NCBI GenBank assembly: GCA_964291625.2
Contig: OZ220089.1
Span: 2,752,001 to 2,816,000, forward strand
Reading direction: 5' to 3'
Source: Candidatus Latescibacterota bacterium
Lineage (GTDB): Bacteria > Latescibacterota > UBA2968 > UBA8231
Length of the DNA stretch: 64,000 nt
The notes beneath the pieces were generated by a model. That model was not told the origin of the DNA. It saw only the letters and a program-made list of their open reading frames with translations, and searched no databases. Within the stretch, counting starts at the first letter, position 1; each line of letters opens with the position of its first letter. The translations under genes were made by a program, and so were the position numbers. Below are positions 8,883 through 17,626 of the stretch, piece by piece.

Positions 8883-10538
8883 TCAGCCGTCCACCTCGGG
8901 GACCTGCACCTCGGCCTCCAGCACCGTCCCCCGGAACCGCCCCGCGCCGTCCTGGATGCGGCCCACCGTCACCGGCAGGTCCGTCCGCACCAGCCGTCCC
9001 CGCCCCTGTCTCTCGGCGATCAGCTCGCCGTCGGCGAAGAGCCGCACGGCCTCCCCGTCGTACGTGCCCACCAGGTGATGCTCCCCCGCCGGCAGCGGCC
9101 GGGGCGCCCAGGCGCGCAGGCAGCCCCGGTCGGTGTTGACCAGGAAGCTGGGACCCGGCGCGCCGGCGTTGAGCCCGCCGTTGTGGCCCTGGTCGCACCA
9201 GCGCAGGCTGAACGAACCGCTGTCGCCGAGGGTGTCGCAGCGCAGGACGATGCCGTGGGTGACGAACTCCTCCGGGCGGCCGGGCTTGCGCCCCTGCTGC
9301 CAGGGAGCGGCGTAGAAGAACCGGCCGTCGAAGGCGCCGCCGTTGTAGCCGACGCTGTGGAGGCCGTCGGTGGCCGAGGCGTCGCGGGACTGCCAGCTCG
9401 ACGGGTCCTCGAAGGGGCGGGTCGCGTCGTAGCGCAGGTAGAAGGAGTGGAACAGGTTGTCGCGCTTTCCGGGGCCCACGTGCCGGAAGAAGGGCTGGAA
9501 GTAGACGAAGCGTCCGTCGAAGAAGCCGCCGTCGAAGCCGGTGGTGCGCAGGCCGCCGGTGGGGTCGGCGTCGTGGGCGGACCAGGCGTCCGGGTCGGCG
9601 AAGTCGCCGCGGGTGTCGAAGCGCACGATGCGGCCGTGGCCGTAGGCGCAGTAGTAGAGGAAGGTGCCGTCGAAGACGGCCCCGACCGCCATGCGGTAGC
9701 CGAGGGGCCGCGCGTCGAAGGCCTCCCACGAGGCCGGATCGTCGAAGGCCGCGGTCGTGTCGTGGCGGACGGCGAGGCCGTTCTCCAGGGGCACGAAGTA
9801 GGCGAAGCGGCCGTCGAAGGCGCCGCCGTCGAAGCACGCCGCCCGCGGCCCGAGGAAGTCCGTGATGTCCACGCTCGCATAGCTGGACCGGCTGGCGAAC
9901 TCCCCCCGCGTGTCGAAGCGCAGAACCCGGCCGCAGGGCTCGTCCTCCTTGTGGGGATCGCCGGAGAACCCCGGGCAGAAGTAGATGAAGCGGCCGTCGA
10001 AGGCGGCGCCCTGCTGCGAGTGGGCCTCGCCCATGTCGAAGGCCGACCAGCTGGCGGGGTCCTGGAAGTCGCCGGCCGTGTCGCAGCGCAGCAGGTGGCT
10101 GTGGTAGCGGTCCAGGTCGATCTGCCGGGGCACGAAGCAGACGTGGCGGCCGTCGAAGACGCCCCCGTAGTAGCCGCGGGTCTCCAGCCCCCCGGTGCGC
10201 CCCGCGTCGTACGCCCGGTAGCTGGCCGGATCGCGGAAGTCCCCGTGCGTGTCCAGCCGCAGGACCACGCCGTGGGTGGGATTCCCGGCCTCGCCGTGCT
10301 GCTCCGGCACGAAGTAGACGTAGCGGCCGTCGCAGACGGCGCCGAAGTAGCCGCGGCTCGGCAGGCCCCCGGTGGCGCCGGCGTCGAAGGCGGCGAACCC
10401 GGGCCACTCGTCGGGGGGCCGCCACTGGGAGACCAGGGCCTGCAGCGCCTCGGCGCGGCCGTCGTCGGCGGCCACCCGGGCGCTGACGGTCAGGGCCCCC
10501 CCGGGGGGAGCGGGGACGACCCGGAGGCCCTCGCTCAC
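8883..10538 (-). CDS. LamG/concanavalin-like domain with inserted 7-repeat beta-propeller (GxxFDGRxxYFxP repeats)
   Basis: GTG 10538 overlaps the upstream stop (GTGA); seven FDGR-type repeats; C-terminal HHLVGTYDGEAVRLFADG LamG motif. Confidence 0.75.
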   Translation of the reverse strand: MSEGLRVVPAPPGGALTVSARVAADDGRAEALQALVSQWRPPDEWPGFAAFDAGATGGLPSRGYFGAVCDGRYVYFVPEQHGEAGNPTHGVVLRLDTHGDFRDPASYRAYDAGRTGGLETRGYYGGVFDGRHVCFVPRQIDLDRYHSHLLRCDTAGDFQDPASWSAFDMGEAHSQQGAAFDGRFIYFCPGFSGDPHKEDEPCGRVLRFDTRGEFASRSSYASVDITDFLGPRAACFDGGAFDGRFAYFVPLENGLAVRHDTTAAFDDPASWEAFDARPLGYRMAVGAVFDGTFLYYCAYGHGRIVRFDTRGDFADPDAWSAHDADPTGGLRTTGFDGGFFDGRFVYFQPFFRHVGPGKRDNLFHSFYLRYDATRPFEDPSSWQSRDASATDGLHSVGYNGGAFDGRFFYAAPWQQGRKPGRPEEFVTHGIVLRCDTLGDSGSFSLRWCDQGHNGGLNAGAPGPSFLVNTDRGCLRAWAPRPLPAGEHHLVGTYDGEAVRLFADGELIAERQGRGRLVRTDLPVTVGRIQDGAGRFRGTVLEAEVQVPEVDG

Positions 10539-13099
10539 GAGCGCAGGACCTCCATGAGCGACATGTGCGGACGGCCGTACTCCTCGAGGTTGGACCAGCT
10601 CACGCGGCAGCCGGGGAAGGCCCGGCGCGCCGCGGCCTCGAAGAGCCGGCCGTTGAACCAGTCCACGGCGGAGCCGTCGAACTTGGCCGGCCCCTTGAAG
10701 CCCATGCGGTAGAGGCTGCGGCCTCGGCGGTTGCGGCGCCGGGGGACCTCGTGGTAGTCGGCGATGACCCGCACGATGAGGTCGATCAGCTCCAGCCCCC
10801 CCCGCGGGTGCAGGAGGTCGATGAGCAGCAGGCAGCCCTCGATGGAGCGGTTGGAGAGGTGCATCCAGACGTTGGGGGGGTACTCGTCGAGCACCTCCCG
10901 CAGGATCGCCGCCGGGTCGAGCTGCAGGCCGGCGAGGCGGCCCGGGTCGAGGAAGGAGAACCGGCCCAGGTCGGGGATGCGCACGTAGCGCTCCTCCAGC
11001 TTGAGCCCCGTGCCGCGGTCTTCCGGGTTGCCGTACAGGTCCTGCCAGAAGTGGTAGAACCGGAAGTCCCCCTCCTCCTCTCCGAGGCGCTCCCGGAAGC
11101 GCTCCCGGTAGCGGTCCAGGAAGGCGGAGGCGCCGGATCTCCCGATCGCCTCCAGCTCCTCCCGCAGCCGGTCCGCGTCGAGACCGTACTCCTCCGAGAG
11201 CAGCTCGACCTGCGGGCCGGGCAGGTAGAGGCGGGTCTCGATGGCGAAGCACTCGCCGTCGATCTGGGCCAGCTTGTCGTTGGGGAGGTTGTTGACGACG
11301 GAGGTCACGTGCACCCGCAGGACCCGCCCCCGGTAGCGTTCCAGCGGGGCCGTGGGCGCCTGGAGATCGGCCTGCACGTAGTCGAGGCGGAACCCCCGGC
11401 GCCGCTCGCCCAGCTCCTCCCGCGCCGCCTCGAGGGACGCCGGCGCGGCGTCGGCCAGCACGTAGCAGAGCGGCCCCGGCTCCAGGCGCCCGGCCCGGGC
11501 GAAGCGGGTCACCGTGTCGATGAACTCCCGGGCGTAGTCGACGCTGGAGACGCCGAACTCGACGTAGGCCAGCTCGGCGCCGGGGTCCTCGCCGCGGGCC
11601 TCGACGACCTGTTCCAGGAAGCGCCGGGCGTTGGCGCGCACCAGCTCCACGTCGGAGTCCGGGGAGCCGCTGATGCTGTCGCGGTAGTCGCGGCCGTGGG
11701 TGCCGACGTAGGCCCGCATGTGGCGCCAGAAGGTCTCGTTGAACTGCCACACCGGGCTCCGGCTGTAGGGCACCCAGTCCCCGATGACGGCGCCGCCCTC
11801 GCTCTCGGTGGAGCCGGCCCCGCGGCGGCGCAGGGCGGCGCCCACCGCCTCCTCGAGGGCGGTTCCGGTGTCGAGCTGGCGCACGTCGAGGGCCAGCTCC
11901 CACGTCTCCTCCGGCTCCCCCCCCGGGCCGACGAAGGGCCTGTAGGCGATGGGCACCCGGAAGTGCTGGGCGTAGGTGATGCGGTTCCAGTAGGTGCGGA
12001 AGGCGGGCCCGCCGGCCCCGGCCTCGACGACGCGCTCGAGGCTGCGCAGGGCGCCGCGGAAGGAGCGCACGTAGCCGTCGTCGCGCAGGCCGGGCTCGTG
12101 GACCACGGAGACGCCGCGGGTGCCAAGGTCGGCGCTCAGCAGGTCCACGTCGGAGCGGGCCCGCTCGCTCGGCGCCAGGCCCGCCGCCGACAGCACCGGC
12201 AGCAGGTCCGCGGTGCCGCTGATCGGCATCAGGTGGATGCCGGCGGCCCCGGGCAGCCGGCGGATGCGGCCGATCAGATCGGCGGACCAGCGGCGCTTGA
12301 AGGCGGTGAACTCCTCCTCGTCGAGGTCGCCCTCGGCGGCGCGGTAGTCGCGCAGCAGGGCGCGCGCCTCCGAGGAGCGGGTCCCGCAGCCGATCAGGAA
12401 GAGCCAGAACCGGAGCATCGCCGCCGAGCCGATCACGGGCACGCCGACCACCAGGGGGGTCGAGGTGAGACCGCGCGCGTGGGCTCTCTCCCACCAGGCC
12501 TCGTGGCGCTCCCACAGCAGCGGCGGCTGCAGCAGGATCGCCTGGGCTCCGGCGTCGATCTTGCGGGCCAGGCGGTCGACCCGCGCCTCGACCCGCCCCA
12601 CGAGGGGGTTCTCCACCGCCCACACGGGCAGCTCCGGCGGCAGCTGCCCCGACTCGCGCAGGCGGCGTGTCAGTTCCAGGGTCCGGAAGGCGTCCATCGG
12701 CAGCAGCGAGGCGCCGCCGGGGACCGCCCCCAGGCCGCGCCGCACCAGGTCCCCCCCCGAGAGCACCAGCAGCCCCCGGGCGCCGCCGCTCACGGCCCGC
12801 AGGATGCGGGCCTCCACCGTGCTCCGTGTGCGGGTTCCGGCGGCGATCGTGACGACCGGCTCGCGGGTCTCGTCCAGAACGTCGAAGAGGCTCTTGGGCC
12901 GCTCCCGGCGCCCGAAGAGGCGCACCGCGTCGCCGAGGCGGCCCACCAGCGGGATGTCGGGCAGGGTGACGGCGTCGACGGCGCCGCGCTCGATCAGCCG
13001 CGCATAGCGCGGCGCCTGCGCTGGGTGCGTTTGCTCGGCGGTGACCACGAACAGTCCGCGCCGCAGGCGGTCGGCGACGGGCGGGAGGGCGGCGGTCAC
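10535..13099 (-). CDS. fusion: MTHFR-like TIM barrel + class I SAM-dependent methyltransferase-like domain
   Basis: N-terminal VVTAE..DAVTLPD..LLVLSGGD..VWAVENP..RLARKIDAGAQAILLQP..GAAGIHLMP (MetF-like); C-terminal YVEFGVSS, YVLADA, VVNNLPND, LLHPRGGLELID; GTG overlaps the upstream stop. Confidence 0.72.
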   Translation of the reverse strand: MTAALPPVADRLRRGLFVVTAEQTHPAQAPRYARLIERGAVDAVTLPDIPLVGRLGDAVRLFGRRERPKSLFDVLDETREPVVTIAAGTRTRSTVEARILRAVSGGARGLLVLSGGDLVRRGLGAVPGGASLLPMDAFRTLELTRRLRESGQLPPELPVWAVENPLVGRVEARVDRLARKIDAGAQAILLQPPLLWERHEAWWERAHARGLTSTPLVVGVPVIGSAAMLRFWLFLIGCGTRSSEARALLRDYRAAEGDLDEEEFTAFKRRWSADLIGRIRRLPGAAGIHLMPISGTADLLPVLSAAGLAPSERARSDVDLLSADLGTRGVSVVHEPGLRDDGYVRSFRGALRSLERVVEAGAGGPAFRTYWNRITYAQHFRVPIAYRPFVGPGGEPEETWELALDVRQLDTGTALEEAVGAALRRRGAGSTESEGGAVIGDWVPYSRSPVWQFNETFWRHMRAYVGTHGRDYRDSISGSPDSDVELVRANARRFLEQVVEARGEDPGAELAYVEFGVSSVDYAREFIDTVTRFARAGRLEPGPLCYVLADAAPASLEAAREELGERRRGFRLDYVQADLQAPTAPLERYRGRVLRVHVTSVVNNLPNDKLAQIDGECFAIETRLYLPGPQVELLSEEYGLDADRLREELEAIGRSGASAFLDRYRERFRERLGEEEGDFRFYHFWQDLYGNPEDRGTGLKLEERYVRIPDLGRFSFLDPGRLAGLQLDPAAILREVLDEYPPNVWMHLSNRSIEGCLLLIDLLHPRGGLELIDLIVRVIADYHEVPRRRNRRGRSLYRMGFKGPAKFDGSAVDWFNGRLFEAAARRAFPGCRVSWSNLEEYGRPHMSLMEVLRS

Positions 13100-13875
13100 T
13101 TCCCGCGTCGGTCGGCGTACCCGCGCAGGGAGGCCACGTGCGACGACACTACCTGCAGACCGTAGGAGAGGGGGGTGCCCACGTTCAGGAAGCGGTAGCC
13201 CCAGTCGATCTTCTGGCGGATGTCGTCGGGCTCGGCCAGGGTCGTGCCCGTGACGATGCCGGTGCCCTCCAGCCGCCGGGGGACCTCCTCCATGATGCTC
13301 TGCACCTCTTTCGAGCCCGTCTGCCCCATCACTCCCAGGGACGCCGACAGGTCCAGGGGGCCCACCAGGATGATGTCGATGCCCGGCACGGCGGCGATCT
13401 CGTCCAGGCTCTCCCAGGCCTGCAGGCTCTCGAGCTGGCAGACCAGCAGGGTCTCGTCGTTGGCCGTGGCGAGGACGTGGTCCCAGTCCTCGCCGGCGAT
13501 CCTCGTCCACATGGGCGACAGGCCGCGGTTGCCCTCGGGCGGGTAGTGGGCCGCGTCGACGGCCCGGGCCGCCTCCTCGGCGGAGTTGACCTGGGGGATC
13601 ATGACCAGCACCGCCCCCACGTCGTAGGCCTTCTTGATCAGGCCCGGGTCGTTGTTGGCCACCCGGATCAGGGGCGCCACCCCCCGCTGCCGGGCGAGAA
13701 CGGGGATGACGTCGAGGGATTCGACCCCGTAGGGCATGTGCTCGGTGTCGATCCACAGGAAGTCGATCCCGGTGTCGAGGGTGGGGCCGGCGAAGTGGGG
13801 GGTGAAGGCCGGCAGGCCGGTGCCGAAGACGACCTGCCCGTCGGCGAGCTTCTGCTTGATCGGGTTGGGGTACAT
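13096..13875 (-). CDS. HpcH/HpaI aldolase family protein
   Basis: DFLWIDTEH, PLIRV, VMIPQV, YPPEGNRG, QLES and ILVGPLDLS motifs. Confidence 0.88.
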   Translation of the reverse strand: MYPNPIKQKLADGQVVFGTGLPAFTPHFAGPTLDTGIDFLWIDTEHMPYGVESLDVIPVLARQRGVAPLIRVANNDPGLIKKAYDVGAVLVMIPQVNSAEEAARAVDAAHYPPEGNRGLSPMWTRIAGEDWDHVLATANDETLLVCQLESLQAWESLDEIAAVPGIDIILVGPLDLSASLGVMGQTGSKEVQSIMEEVPRRLEGTGIVTGTTLAEPDDIRQKIDWGYRFLNVGTPLSYGLQVVSSHVASLRGYADRRGK

Positions 13876-13894
13876 GCGGTCTTCCTTGGGCGCG

Positions 13895-14704
13895 TCAGGC
13901 GCGCTGTGTCAAGAGGATGAAGGCCCCCAGCCCGACGCGGTACGCGGCGAAGGGAGGGGTGCCGAAGCGTTCGAGAAGTCGCAGCAGCAGGCCGATGGCG
14001 GCGTAACCGCTCACCGCGGCGGCGGCGATGCCGATGACCAGGCTGAGAACCTGCTCGCCCCCCGGGCCGGCGCCGAGCAGCTCCACCAGCTCCAGCAGGC
14101 CGGCGCCGGTGATGGCGGGCAGCCCGAGGAGGAAGGCGAACCGCGCCGCCTGCTCGCGGCGCAGGCCGACGAGCAGACCCGCCATGATCGTCGAGCCCGA
14201 CCGCGACACCCCCGGGATCAGGGCCAGGGCCTGGAACAGTCCGATCACCTGGATGCGCCAGAAGGAGAGCTCGGTCAGGTCGCGGTCGCGGCGCCCGAAC
14301 CGCTCGGCCAGCAGCAGGCAGGGGGCCAGGAGGATCAGGGCCCAGGCGATGACCGGCAGGGCCCGCGCCTCGGTGGCGATGAACCCCTTCAGCCCCAGGC
14401 CGCAGAGGACGGCGGGCACCGTGGCCGGCAGGATCGCCCAGGCGGTGAGGCATTCAGGAGAGTGGCGCAGGTCGCCGCGGCGCAGCCCCTCCGCCGCGGC
14501 CCCGGCGAGGCGGCGGATGTCCTCGGCGAAGAAGGCGAGCACCGCCGCCAGGGTGCCGAGGTGGATGGCGGCCGAGAAGGCGAGCCCCGGATCGCCCCAC
14601 CCGAGGTAGTGGGGCACGATGCGCAGGTGAGCGGTAGAGGAGACGGGCAGGGTCTCGGTGAGGCCCTGCACGAGGCCGAGGACGACGGACTGGAAGGGCG
14701 TCAT
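13895..14704 (-). CDS. uppP: undecaprenyl-diphosphate phosphatase
   Basis: GLVQGLTETLPVSSTAHL and IGLFQALALIPGVSRSGSTI signature motifs. Confidence 0.93.
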   Translation of the reverse strand: MTPFQSVVLGLVQGLTETLPVSSTAHLRIVPHYLGWGDPGLAFSAAIHLGTLAAVLAFFAEDIRRLAGAAAEGLRRGDLRHSPECLTAWAILPATVPAVLCGLGLKGFIATEARALPVIAWALILLAPCLLLAERFGRRDRDLTELSFWRIQVIGLFQALALIPGVSRSGSTIMAGLLVGLRREQAARFAFLLGLPAITGAGLLELVELLGAGPGGEQVLSLVIGIAAAAVSGYAAIGLLLRLLERFGTPPFAAYRVGLGAFILLTQRA

Positions 14705-15031
14705 GTCGTCGGCTTCGGCATCATGGCGCGGTCAATCTATTGCGGAGGCGGGGGGCTGACCACGCCGCCCAGCCGTTCAGGATCCGAGTCTCGGGGCTCC
14801 GGTGGCCAGGGCTTCTCCCGGTCGCGGAGGGAGGGAGCTTCGGGGCAGGCTCCGCGCCGGGAGGGCTTCCCGGTCCGCATGCGGCAGCCGCTGAGAGCAT
14901 GTCCTCGAGGGGACCCGCTCGCTTGCGGTCTCGGCGCGGGTTGGCTGCCGGCGTGGCAGGGAGCCGGCCGTCAGCCGGCTACCCGGCTGTCCTCGACGGC
15001 CCGAAGGAGATGTCGGCGGCTCGGCGTGGGC

Positions 15032-15799
15032 TTACGGTGCCAGGGTGGACTTCACGCCGCCCCAGGTGGCCGGCGTCACGGCGCTGGGGACGTCGATGCG
15101 GCGGTACACGAGGGGCTCGACCTGCGGCTCCGCTTCCTGGAACCACCCCTCTTCGGAGGACGGGCGACCTTGGAGAATCAGGCCCTGGCCGCCATCCAGA
15201 ATCTCGTAGGAAGTGGGCGAGTATTCGTTCATCGAGAGCCGGACTGCTTCTGTGCTCAAGTGCTCCTGGTACAGGGCCGTGAGTTCCTGCTCGAGCTCCA
15301 GGCGGTCCTCTTCGGGGAAATCGCGTCCGTCCGCGGCGCGTTCCAGTGCCTCCAGGTTGAGCCCGAACTCGGTGTAGAGGGAGACGAAGAAGTCGGTGAA
15401 GTCCCTGTCGTTGCAGGTGATCTCGATGGCGAGCAGTTCCATACCGAGGCTGTCGCCGGAAGTCACGTACGTACCGGTGCCGAGGGAGGAAGTAGTCTCC
15501 ACCGTGACTTCGGGCCAGGCTGCCCGGAACATCTGGTTCATGGAGTCGGCGTCGGCAGAGGTCAGGTCCTCGTCGTGCTCGAACTGCGGTGCCGGCAGCA
15601 GGAATCCATCTTCCATCCGTGAGTTCGAGCTGAGCTCGAAAGTGCCGTCCTCCCTGAAGGTCAGGCTTCGGGTGAACGAAGCTCCGTAGGGGTCCTCGCC
15701 GCTCGCCTCCCAGGTGCCGACGAGACTGTCCTCGACGGCGGTGAGGGGAGGGACGCAGAGGGCGAGAAAGAGGATGGAAGGCAGGTACTTGCGGAGCAT
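15032..15799 (-). CDS. secreted hypothetical protein with C-terminal TWGxxK motif
   Basis: GGAGG RBS; signal peptide MLRKYLPSILFLALCVPPLTA; acidic body starting LVGTWE; ends SAVTPATWGGVKSTLAP. Confidence 0.72.
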   Translation of the reverse strand: MLRKYLPSILFLALCVPPLTAVEDSLVGTWEASGEDPYGASFTRSLTFREDGTFELSSNSRMEDGFLLPAPQFEHDEDLTSADADSMNQMFRAAWPEVTVETTSSLGTGTYVTSGDSLGMELLAIEITCNDRDFTDFFVSLYTEFGLNLEALERAADGRDFPEEDRLELEQELTALYQEHLSTEAVRLSMNEYSPTSYEILDGGQGLILQGRPSSEEGWFQEAEPQVEPLVYRRIDVPSAVTPATWGGVKSTLAP

Positions 15800-15885
15800 G
15801 GGACACCTCCTTGCCACGGGACATGCGACATCATGCGGCCGGGGGATAGGCGACGCTTCGGGGTTTCTGCCCGTCAAGCCCGCCG

Positions 15886-17238
15886 TCAGGGGACCAGCCG
15901 CCGGCACTCCATGTAGTATCGCTTCTCCTCCGCCTCGCCGAGGGAGAAGCTCTTGCGCGGCAGCGGGCCGCTGCGCAGCACCGTGCGGAACAGGGCGTGC
16001 TTGTCGATCGACCGGGAGAGGAGCCCGGCGTTGCCGGCGCGCGAGCCCAGCTGCGTCGCCTCCTCCTCGCCGTGGATGTAGTCGAGGCGCAGGTCCCGCC
16101 GGGCGCCGAGGTCGGAGAGGAAGGCGTCCAGGGAGACGGCCTCGAGGTCGTGCCGGGGCTCGTGGACCACCACGATCCCCCACCGGGGCGCGCCGTCCCG
16201 GCCGGCGACGAAGGGCAGGTGATGCAGGCCCCGGGCCTCTAGGTCCTCCCGGGCCCGGCGCCAGGCCGCGGAAGAGTCGAAGGAATCGATCCGCGGCCGG
16301 CTGCCCTGCCCCCGGAAGAAGGCCTCCATCTCCCCCGCCAGCTCGCCGCCGTCGACGCCGAAGAGGACCCGGTGAATCGGCTCGAAGCGCAGCCCCGGGT
16401 CGTGCAGGTTGACCAGCTCCACGAGGGCGTGGCGCGACGAGTGGCCGGCCGCCTCGTCGAGACCGCCGGCCCGGTCGCGGATCCCGTCCCAGACCTGCCG
16501 GGCCGCGGCGAAGGAGTGGTTGCCGTCGCCCATGGCGTAGAGCGCCGGGGCGCCGTCCTCCAGGCCGTAGCGCCTGGCCAGGGCCTGCGGCGAGGCCAGC
16601 CGGGCGAGGGCGCCGGCGGCCTGACGGATCGCATCCTCCCCGGCCAAGTGCCAGCCGCGGACGCGGCCTCCGCCCAGCATCAGCTCCGTGTCGTAGAGGA
16701 GGGGCAGCGTCTCGTCGAAGAGGGGCTCGATGACCGTGGATTCCGGATCGTCGATGAGGACGAGGATGTGGGGCACCTCCAGGACCGCCCCCCGGCGGAC
16801 CTCCACCCGCGGCGGCAGGCGCCCGGGGTCGGTCCCCTCGGTCGTGCGGATCAGGGTCGAGGCGTCCGGGGAGAAGCTGTACTGCTCCAGGTCGAGGGCG
16901 GCGATCAGGCCCTTGCGCGAGGCGGCGTGCGGGGTGCTCCGGTCGACGAGCACGAAGCCGGGCTCCAGGGGCCGCAGGACCCCGTCGCGGAGGTAGCTCT
17001 CCATGCGCTCGTGGATGCCGCGAATCCGCCCGGAGCGGCCGGGCTCCTCCAGGAAGGCCTCGGGGAAGACCAAGTGCAGGGTGGAGGGGCGGCCCCCCAC
17101 GCGGCGGGCGGCCTCCTCCCAGTACCCCGGGTTGGAGGTGTGCTGGTCGCAGGCGATGACCGCCCACTCCTCGAGGGGCACGTCGGGGCGCGGCAGCAGG
17201 ACGCGGGGCACGCTGAGACCGATGTCGGGGAAGCGCAT
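15886..17238 (-). CDS. DUF1015 family protein
   Basis: WAVIACDQHTS, PSTLHLVFPE, LDLEQYSF, IRTTEGT, MGDGNHS and LPRKSFSLG motifs; ATG 17238. Confidence 0.85.
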   Translation of the reverse strand: MRFPDIGLSVPRVLLPRPDVPLEEWAVIACDQHTSNPGYWEEAARRVGGRPSTLHLVFPEAFLEEPGRSGRIRGIHERMESYLRDGVLRPLEPGFVLVDRSTPHAASRKGLIAALDLEQYSFSPDASTLIRTTEGTDPGRLPPRVEVRRGAVLEVPHILVLIDDPESTVIEPLFDETLPLLYDTELMLGGGRVRGWHLAGEDAIRQAAGALARLASPQALARRYGLEDGAPALYAMGDGNHSFAAARQVWDGIRDRAGGLDEAAGHSSRHALVELVNLHDPGLRFEPIHRVLFGVDGGELAGEMEAFFRGQGSRPRIDSFDSSAAWRRAREDLEARGLHHLPFVAGRDGAPRWGIVVVHEPRHDLEAVSLDAFLSDLGARRDLRLDYIHGEEEATQLGSRAGNAGLLSRSIDKHALFRTVLRSGPLPRKSFSLGEAEEKRYYMECRRLVP

Positions 17239-17406
17239 GGCGGCAGAGTGTAGCCGCGGCCGCGTACGGCAACAACGGCGGCGTCGGTGCTGGCTTGCCA
17301 GCAGCCGCGGGGGTAGCTTGGGAGCCCGCCGGGCAGCGGCTTCAGGTCGCCGCCGGCGACGCTCTCGACACCCTGGTGCCGGCATCTCGACATGGACCAC
17401 GCGGCG

Positions 17407-17626
17407 GCCGGACGGTGCGGATGGCCGCCGGACCGTGCACGCCCATCCTCGAGTCCGGGGATCGAGGCGATGGCGGTGCTCCCGGCTGCTCCTTCTGTTG
17501 GCGGCGGGGCAGCCGCCGGCCGGCGCGGATGGCCGCCGGCCCCGCGCGCACCCCTCCCTCGATCCCGGGGATCGAGCCATGACGGTGATCTCGACCTTGC
17601 TCCTTCTCGCGGCGGCGGGCGCCGCC
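17407..17626 (+). repeat. degenerate ~110-bp tandem duplication covering the start region of the FG-GAP gene
   Basis: Copy A 17407-17514 and copy B 17515-~17626 share gcggatggccgccgg, cctcga..ccggggatcgag, atg.cggtg.tc and tgctccttct..ggcggcggg. Confidence 0.7.

Noticed and set aside
8883-12623. 1246-aa ORF as a single giant protein
   Set aside because: Only the part from GTG 10538 is protein-like; the upstream part is an off-frame overlap of the MTHFR-like gene.
14705-15031. ~330-bp intergenic region upstream of uppP as a possible riboswitch or ncRNA
   Set aside because: No recognisable consensus motif; GC-rich hairpins are expected by chance, and an Rfam/Infernal search would be needed.
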